Of a stretch of DNA of 15,574 bases, positions 9,342-15,574 are shown piece after piece. Position numbers and translations under genes: made by a program. Where the stretch lies: contig JBHLME010000107.1 in NCBI GenBank assembly GCA_048938445.1, forward strand, positions 1 to 15,574, written 5' to 3'. The notes under the pieces are model-generated. The model had not been told where the DNA came from. It was given only the letters and a program-made list of their open reading frames with translations, and searched no databases. Every line of letters starts with the position of its first letter. The stretch's first letter is position 1. This DNA is from Promethearchaeota archaeon. Lineage in GTDB: Archaea > Asgardarchaeota > Lokiarchaeia > Sigyniarchaeales > SOKP01.

Positions 9342-10235
9342 TTGCTAGAAAAAAATTTGTTATCCAAGCAAAAAGATATTTATGGTGAAATCATTACTTC
9401 TAATCCTAAACCATTTCTGAAATGGGCGGGAGGGAAAAGAAAATTGATAAAACAAATGAGTAAATTTTTTCCTCAAAATTTTAATAATTATATAGAACCC
9501 TTTGTAGGAGGAGGTGCTGTATTTTTTTATTTATATTCTAAAAGAAAGCTGAATAACAAAATAGTTTTAATAGATAATAATAAAGAATTAATTAATTGCT
9601 ATAAAGTAATAAAAAATAATATTGAAGAATTAATTGAACTTCTTTACCATCATAAAAATGAAAAAAAATATTATTATGAAATTAGATCAAAAGATCGTAA
9701 TCCTGAAATATATAAAAAAATGTCTGATGTTGAAAAGGCTTCAAGAACTATTTATATGAATAAATGTTGTTATAACGGGCTTTATAGAGTAAATAGTAAA
9801 GGCCAATTTAATACCCCTTTCGGTTCGTATAAAAATCCAAATTTTTGTGATAAAGATAATTTAAAAGCGGTGAACATTGCACTTAAAGATGTTGATATAC
9901 TACATGGTTCATTTAAATTGTGCTTGAATTATGCAAATGAAGGAGATTTTGTTTATTTAGACCCACCATATTTCCCATTATCAGATACTTCATCTTTTAC
10001 AAGTTATACCAAAGAAGAATTTGGAATCGAAAAACAAAAAAATCTTTATCATATATTTAAAGAATTAGATAAACGCGGTTGTAAAGTATTATTAAGCAAT
10101 TCCTACAGTGATTTTATTCTGAATTTATATCAAGATTACAATAAAATTACATTAAAAGCGTCTAGAGCTATAAATTGTAATGGCTCTAAAAGAGGAGAAA
10201 TCAATGAAATTTTAATCCATAATGATTATAACTAA
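9342..10235 (+). CDS. dam: Dam-family (alpha class, D12) N6-adenine DNA methyltransferase, probably GATC-specific
   Basis: [47 protein letters not shown] and LLSNS motifs. TTG start preceded by SD-like GAGGGA. Confidence 0.95.
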   Translation: MLEKNLLSKQKDIYGEIITSNPKPFLKWAGGKRKLIKQMSKFFPQNFNNYIEPFVGGGAVFFYLYSKRKLNNKIVLIDNNKELINCYKVIKNNIEELIELLYHHKNEKKYYYEIRSKDRNPEIYKKMSDVEKASRTIYMNKCCYNGLYRVNSKGQFNTPFGSYKNPNFCDKDNLKAVNIALKDVDILHGSFKLCLNYANEGDFVYLDPPYFPLSDTSSFTSYTKEEFGIEKQKNLYHIFKELDKRGCKVLLSNSYSDFILNLYQDYNKITLKASRAINCNGSKRGEINEILIHNDYN

Positions 10236-10312
10236 AAATCTTTTAACTCTCTATTTATAAATAAGTTTTGTCTATCAGATAGTAATAGTATAACAAGATT
10301 TTGATAATAAAT

Positions 10313-11213
10313 ATGAATTCTAATGATATTGAAAACTCCGAGGAACCTTTAAGAAGAACTTTTATTTTTTTATTTAAGCATTCTAGAACACCTGAAGCAT
10401 TTTCAAAAGAAGAATTCAAAGAATTTGCACGATATCCAAATCCAAGTAGTTTTGATACATATTTTTCAAAAAAGTTTAGACACTTTCTTGAAGAAGCACC
10501 AAATGAAAATAATAAATATTTAGTATCTGATATATTTAAGGAATATTCTAGATGGGAAAAATTTAAGATATTTTGTTCACAAAGTTCCAAGCTTAAAGTA
10601 AATTATTTCGAGGAATATTATAAGGATGTAATGATTTTTGAGTTTTTTTTACCATTAACTAATGAAAATAATTTGAGATCTACTTTAGATGATCTTTTTT
10701 ATAAAGATACTGTAAAATTGGCTCTAAATAAGATAATTAAAAGGGAATTACATAAAGTTTTTCTAAAAAAAAAAAGAAGAATCTGAAGAAGAGTATATTG
10801 AAGGATTATGTAAATGGATTTCAGATAGATTTGGTGGATATTCAATTAGTACAGTTCGGGGAAGATTTAAGACTGATGAATTAAAGTCATATCATGAGGT
10901 TGCTCTTAATAAGTCAAAAGGTTTCGATTATTTAATTGATGAAACTACTGCTATTGTGCGCTTTATTTTTCCTGTTAGCTCTCCAGTTAAGAATAATGCT
11001 ATTTATAATATAGAACAATTTCAAGAGAACATAGATGATTATATTGACAAGAAAGAGATACTAACAGAATCTAAGAAGATAAGATATTTATTCAAAAATT
11101 TATTTGTTAGAAAAATACTTGATTTAGTGAAGGGTGAGGATGAGATTTGGATGCTTGAAAGTGGTTTGAGGAATCAATTATATGTCTGGAAAAATGAATT
11201 TTTCAATAATTAA
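10313..11213 (+). pseudogene. Single hypothetical gene (~299 aa if repaired) split by a frameshift at an A11 run (10765-10775)
   Basis: Deleting one A joins ORF 10301..10786 to an open frame (EESEEEYIEGLCKWISDRFGGYSISTVRGRF...YLIDETTAIVRFIFP) that continues into ORF 10956..11213. Confidence 0.8.
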
Positions 11214-11232
11214 AAACAAATTAGTTATCAAA

Positions 11233-11790
11233 TCAAATGTCTTTAAACTCATCATCTATTAGATTCTTTAATTTAAAGCGCCCACTAAAATTCCAATATC
11301 TAATATCTTGTTCAATAAACATCCATTTTACAATTTTTAATATTACATCAATCTTCTCACCTTGAGAAAAAGAGACCTTTTTAGATACTAACCAATTTAA
11401 AATCCAATTATCATCTTCACAAATAAAAATTTTTTCTATACTTCTAATAAGATACCTAAAATCTTTCAGATTTTCTTCTTTCTTTATTTTTAAATCTTGA
11501 ATAATGTCTTGATAACTTGGCATTTTATCCTTATTAACTCTATTCCATTTTTCAACCCAAATTTGAAAATCAAATCCATATTTATATTGAGCAGGTCTAA
11601 CGAGATATAATATTCTCTGATCGATAAAATTTTCAACAATATATCTATACCTTGAAACTTTATTCCCAGTTCCTTTACCTGGATCCTCCTCCATAAATTT
11701 CAAAACAACGGATTTTCTTAATTCATTTCGAGAATTAAGCTTAGGAAGATTCCAACTAATTGTAATATAATTAAAAGGAATCTTTATCAT
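11233..11790 (-). CDS. Hypothetical protein, candidate Type II restriction endonuclease
   Basis: 185 aa with motif-like segments RPAQ...GFDF, PSY.DI..DL..KK and KWMFIEQDIRYWNFSGR. The functional call comes from context (between two MTases, next to Mig), not from a recognised catalytic motif. Confidence 0.5.
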   Translation of the reverse strand: MIKIPFNYITISWNLPKLNSRNELRKSVVLKFMEEDPGKGTGNKVSRYRYIVENFIDQRILYLVRPAQYKYGFDFQIWVEKWNRVNKDKMPSYQDIIQDLKIKKEENLKDFRYLIRSIEKIFICEDDNWILNWLVSKKVSFSQGEKIDVILKIVKWMFIEQDIRYWNFSGRFKLKNLIDDEFKDI

Positions 11791-11810
11791 CTCTAATAGA
11801 GTATTTTAAT

Positions 11811-11827
11811 ATTATTATAACTTTTTG
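11811..11827 (-). promoter_or_regulatory. Putative BRE/TATA promoter (leaderless spacing) for the 11790 gene
   Basis: Minus strand reads CAAAAAGTTATAATAAT about 21-37 nt upstream of the ATG. Confidence 0.35.
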
Positions 11828-11978
11828 TCATTATTTATTTATATTTAGATATTCTTATAAAAACATTTTAATTGATTATTATAAAAGCATTACCAAAATA
11901 TTATAATGATATAAATCTACAAATAAAATATAAAGAAGTCCTTGTTTTAAACGAATTTATTTAACTATTGAATAAAAA

Positions 11979-12629
11979 ATGAAATCTAAAGATAACCAGT
12001 TTGTTACAAATCTTCTTGAATGGTTCAAGGAAAATAAAAGACATTTTTCTTGGCGTAATTCAGATTTAACTCCATTTCAAATATTAATTGCAGAAATAAT
12101 GCTACAAAAAACAGGAGCTACACAAGTAGAAAAACTTTTTCCTGATTTCATTAAAGCATATCCTAATCCTAAAACAATTAATGAATTAAATATAAAAATT
12201 TTAGAAGAAATTTTACATCCATTAGGCTTATACCAGAGACGGGCAAGAGATATTAAAAAAACTGCTAAGAAGATTTGGGAAAATGGTAATAAGCTTCCAA
12301 AAACTAAAAAAGATTTAATGGCTTTACCCGGAGTAGGAGAATATATTGCCAATGCTATATTATGTTTTGCTTTCCAAGAACCTGTACCTATTATAGATGC
12401 TAATGTAGGGCGCGTAATAAAAAGAGTGTTTTCTTTTCCAGTTAAAAGTGCTCCTTCAAGAGATAAGAAACTATTAGAAAGAATGATGGACATAATTCCT
12501 GAGATAAATTATAAGGAATTTAATCTAGCAATTTTAGATTTTGCTGCTTTAATTTGTATCCCTAGAAATCCTCGATGTGAAAACTGTCCATTATCAAAGA
12601 TTTGCGAATTTAATGCAAAATATATATAA
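11979..12629 (+). CDS. mig: HhH-GPD [4Fe-4S] DNA glycosylase, Mig/TDG-type T/G-mismatch glycosylase
   Basis: WR...PFQILIAEIMLQKTGA, LPGVGEY (HhH), IIDANVGRV, FNLAILDF and the CxxxxxxCxxCxxxxxC cluster motif. 216 aa, with no MutY C-terminal domain. Confidence 0.8.
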   Translation: MKSKDNQFVTNLLEWFKENKRHFSWRNSDLTPFQILIAEIMLQKTGATQVEKLFPDFIKAYPNPKTINELNIKILEEILHPLGLYQRRARDIKKTAKKIWENGNKLPKTKKDLMALPGVGEYIANAILCFAFQEPVPIIDANVGRVIKRVFSFPVKSAPSRDKKLLERMMDIIPEINYKEFNLAILDFAALICIPRNPRCENCPLSKICEFNAKYI

Positions 12630-12661
12630 AGGAAAAAAATGAGTTAAAAATAAACTAAACT

Positions 12662-13087
12662 TTATGTCTCACTTTCAGAGCATGTGCAATTTTCACACGG
12701 ATTACCGCATCCCTCACACGGATCAGAACACCCGCATCCCCCACACATTGCCGCAAGAGTAACGGCTAGTGACAAAAATACTAAATACATTAGCCATAGG
12801 ATGATGAAAAAAACTATTTGAAATATTACAGTTCCGCTTCCAAGAATTATTCCTATTATTGCCATTGTTTTATTTTCCTCCTTTACAGCCCCAATAATTC
12901 CAAAGGTGATAGCTAGACCTGCTAAAATAAATCCAGTGATTATACAGAAGATTAATATATTGCTAAGGTAAGGTTCAACTATTGGTATAACTGAAGACAA
13001 AAATATGGCATATAAAATAAATGCTAGTAATGGTAAAAATGCGAGAATTCCCGTAATTAATGAGACAAGCCCATATCTACTCTTCAT
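12662..13087 (-). CDS. Small multi-TM membrane protein (DUF4190-like) with a Cys-rich C-terminal tail
   Basis: Three to four hydrophobic segments (GLVSLITGIL, LAITFGIIG...MAIIGIILG) and a tail with 8 Cys. Start more likely the ATG at 13087 than 13117. Confidence 0.75.
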   Translation of the reverse strand: MKSRYGLVSLITGILAFLPLLAFILYAIFLSSVIPIVEPYLSNILIFCIITGFILAGLAITFGIIGAVKEENKTMAIIGIILGSGTVIFQIVFFIILWLMYLVFLSLAVTLAAMCGGCGCSDPCEGCGNPCENCTCSESET

Positions 13088-13146
13088 TAAAATACCCTTC
13101 TTTTTTTTTTTTAACATTTTTGTAATTATATTAATTTTTTTTTTCT

Positions 13147-13163
13147 TTTAAATAAAGTTTTTC
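13147..13163 (-). promoter_or_regulatory. Putative BRE/TATA promoter for the Cys-tail membrane protein gene
   Basis: Minus strand reads GAAAAACTTTATTTAAA. Confidence 0.4.
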
Positions 13164-13430
13164 ATACAATTTTAGATATCAATTTTGATTAAATTTATTA
13201 CTCAAGAATGTATTAGACACGAAATAATAACGAGAATTATAAAAAAGGATTTTTTTATTGAAGAATAAATATGTGATTATTGATCATCTTATTGAATGTA
13301 GTAGAATTAGTCAATTTTTCACTAAAGTGGGTTTAAATATTTTAATTGCTAATGAAATATTGACTCGTGTTAAAGAGATATGTATACTTACCTATGGAGT
13401 TCATATTATTATCAATGAAGTTATTATCGT

Positions 13431-13742
13431 TCAATAACCTAAAATTACAAAAAAACTTCCAATATTACCTATTGCTGCAAAAAATCCTAATATTCCTCCT
13501 ATTGTAGCCATACTAGTTCCGGGTTCCAACTTAATTCCATACCAGCCAAATAAAATTGCAAGTAATCCGAAGGTAATTCCACTCATCATAATAATTATAA
13601 AAACAATTCTGGCAATATATATATGATAAGGATTTATTGGATAATTGCGCAATAAAACATAAAAAGCAATAATAGATAACAATCCCAATATTGCACAAAT
13701 TAATGAAGTTAGCCCACTTTTATTTTCCACTTTAAAGACCAT
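13431..13742 (-). CDS. Small 3-TM membrane protein (DUF4190-like), paralogue of 12662..13087
   Basis: GLTSLICAIL, LLAILFGWYG and SMATIGGILG align with the neighbouring gene. Confidence 0.75.
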   Translation of the reverse strand: MVFKVENKSGLTSLICAILGLLSIIAFYVLLRNYPINPYHIYIARIVFIIIMMSGITFGLLAILFGWYGIKLEPGTSMATIGGILGFFAAIGNIGSFFVILGY

Positions 13743-13912
13743 ATTTTTTTTTAAATACTTTTTGTCGTTTAAGTAATATTATAGTTATTATTTCCAACTA
13801 AATAAAGTTATTAATGAAATTTTAAAAATCTAAAAGGACTAAATTTATTTAAAACAAGCATTTATCAGAAATATATAAATATTTAACATTCAAATAATAG
13901 AGATTTTGTTTA

Positions 13913-15097
13913 TTGAAGAATAAATACACGGTCATTGATCTTTTTAGTGGATGTGGTGGATTTAGTCAAGGATTTTTAAAAGTAGGATATGAAATTATTG
14001 CGGCAAATGAAATATGGAATCCCGCTATAGAAACATATAGACTTAATCATGGAAAAGATATTATGATCGATGGAGATATAACATCTTTAGAAATAAAAAA
14101 AAAATTATATAACCGAGTCAAAGGAAAGAAAATTAACGTCATCATAGGTGGCCCTCCATGCCAAGGCTACTCCTCAGCGGGAAATAGAAATCCAGATGAT
14201 CCAAGAGGTCAATTATACTTAGATTTCGTGGAGATCATAGATCATCTCAAACCTGATATTTTTATCATGGAAAATGTAAAAGGTCTATTAAACATGAAGC
14301 ATATTAACTCAAAATTGGATTTGAATGAAAAAAATAAATTTAAACAAGATTGTAAAAGATTACAAAGATATAAGGATTTAAAACGATATAAAGCTCAAAG
14401 GGAGTTGGATGTTCAAGAATCCAAAGAATTTTTTGATTTAAGGGATAATTTAAAGACCATTAAAAATGATATTAACAAGCAATTAATCCCTTTATTAAAC
14501 AAGATATTGACAGCATTTAAAGAAATCAATTATATGGTCTCTTGGAAAATCCTCAATTCTGCGGATTATGGTGTCCCACAAACTCGAGAAAGAATTATTT
14601 TTATAGGAACTAGACATGATTATGTTAATATTTCTTTTCCAAAAGAAGAATTTGTTAAAACAAACACAAATTCAGTTAATAAAAAATTACATTTATGGAA
14701 AACAGCTTCGGAAGTATTAAAAAGATATGAAAACTGGCCTGAGGACAGTGAACGGAACCATTTATTCACAAAACATTCACCTAATTTTATTAAGAAAATT
14801 AAAAGCACTCAAATCGGAGATACTGTTTATAAGAATTATAATGATGCATGGTGGAGGTTAGATCCAGAAAAACCTGCCAGAACCGTTAAAGAAAACCATG
14901 GAGGTGTGTTTATACATTATAAATTCGATAGAGCGTGTACACCTAGAGAACTAGCAGCACTACAGTCATTTGATGATGATTTTATATTTAAAGGGACAAA
15001 AAGTGCGATTTTAAAACAAATTGGGAATGCTGTTCCACCATTAATGGCAAAAGCCATAGCATTGAATATTAAAAGTACTCTCGATAAATTAAAATAG
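13913..15097 (+). CDS. dcm: C5-cytosine DNA methyltransferase with a ~65-70 aa insertion after motif VI
   Basis: DLFSGCGG (I), GGPPCQGYS (IV), ENV (VI), YGVPQTRERII (VIII), TPRELAALQSF (IX) and QIGNAVPP (X). TRD contains RTVKENHGG. TTG start. Confidence 0.95.
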   Translation: MKNKYTVIDLFSGCGGFSQGFLKVGYEIIAANEIWNPAIETYRLNHGKDIMIDGDITSLEIKKKLYNRVKGKKINVIIGGPPCQGYSSAGNRNPDDPRGQLYLDFVEIIDHLKPDIFIMENVKGLLNMKHINSKLDLNEKNKFKQDCKRLQRYKDLKRYKAQRELDVQESKEFFDLRDNLKTIKNDINKQLIPLLNKILTAFKEINYMVSWKILNSADYGVPQTRERIIFIGTRHDYVNISFPKEEFVKTNTNSVNKKLHLWKTASEVLKRYENWPEDSERNHLFTKHSPNFIKKIKSTQIGDTVYKNYNDAWWRLDPEKPARTVKENHGGVFIHYKFDRACTPRELAALQSFDDDFIFKGTKSAILKQIGNAVPPLMAKAIALNIKSTLDKLK

Positions 15098-15301
15098 TAA
15101 TAATGTTGTAACTTTCAAAAATTAATTTGAAAAATTTCAAAAATAAATTGGAAAAGGTTTCATCGAACCTACAAAAGTCGATTTTTTGTAATTTTTTAAA
15201 ATAAACGAGAATTTCATAAATTTAAAATATTTATTATCGGAAAAAACTCTCACAGTTAATATGGGTGAGGATTAACTTCCTTGAATGATTCTTCAATAAC
15301 A

Positions 15302-15532
15302 TTAATATATTCTATTTCTTATATTATTATCAAAATCTTTCTCGATAGCGTTCACGAAATCTCCCAAGGTAGTTTTGAAGGAAAAACAGACGAACTCAGG
15401 GTTGTGTTTCACACCAATCTTCACATCGTTATGATTCGTGGGATCTGGCAGAATTACTTCGGCACCCATACACTCGAAGAAAGTCTTGAACGCCAGTCAC
15501 GAATTGCCCATATTTGGAAAAGAAACTTTCAT
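15302..15532 (-). pseudogene. Truncated pseudogene, N-terminus of a 'CoA protein activase'/2-hydroxyacyl-CoA dehydratase-related protein
   Basis: Hand translation: MKVSFPNMGNS*LAFKTFFECMGAEVILPDPTNHNDVKIGVKHNPEFVCFSFKTTLGDFVNAIEK. In-frame TGA at 15497-15499. Similarity and the higher GC both end near 15338. Confidence 0.7.
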
Positions 15533-15574
15533 AACAAAATAGCCTCTCAAAGGTTAAAAAGAGATCCGATATCA

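Noticed and set aside
7432-10235. Intein or intron interrupting a single dam gene
   Set aside because: The endonuclease is antisense, there are no intein termini, and the downstream dam repeats the N-terminus instead of continuing it.
10255-10590. 111-aa minus-strand ORF
   Set aside because: Antisense shadow of the frameshifted gene.
10956-11213. Separate 85-aa gene
   Set aside because: Its frame is open back to the A11 run, so it is the 3' part of the frameshifted gene.
12077-12493. 138-aa minus-strand ORF
   Set aside because: Antisense shadow of the glycosylase gene.
11979-12629. Annotation as MutY or endonuclease III
   Set aside because: No MutY C-terminal domain, Mig-type A/L specificity residues, and Tyr rather than the Nth lyase Lys after the HhH motif.
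14620-14808. 62-aa minus-strand ORF
   Set aside because: Antisense shadow of the C5-MTase gene.
15497-15499. In-frame TGA as selenocysteine or recoding
   Set aside because: The position seems to correspond to an aromatic residue rather than Cys (TGG to TGA is likely). The gene is also truncated, and TGA acts as a stop elsewhere in the window.
1-15574. CRISPR array, tRNA/rRNA, IS transposase or integrase
   Set aside because: No regularly spaced repeats, structured GC-rich RNA genes or recombinase motifs were seen.

Overview
Very AT-rich archaeal-type window. BRE/TATA-like promoters, T-tract terminators and the protein types suggest an Asgard/Lokiarchaeia-like host (inference). The left ~7.3 kb looks like ordinary chromosomal genes: a hypothetical protein, a secreted AmpC-like serine hydrolase, a divergent GGR-family flavoprotein, a coiled-coil/Zn-ribbon protein, an arrestin-like/Zn-ribbon protein and kptA/Tpt1. 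From ~7.4 to ~15.3 kb lies a mosaic DNA-modification island. It starts with a 5'-only dam remnant, then a free-standing double-LAGLIDADG endonuclease on the opposite strand and a complete, diverged dam. Next come an unknown gene split at an A11 run, a candidate restriction endonuclease, a Mig-type T/G-mismatch glycosylase, two paralogous small membrane proteins and a C5-cytosine methyltransferase with a long insertion. The island ends at a truncated pseudogene missing from the ORF track. By hand count, ACGT is almost absent from the right part (1 site vs about 18 on the left), which suggests an ACGT-targeting R-M module that uses Mig instead of Vsr.
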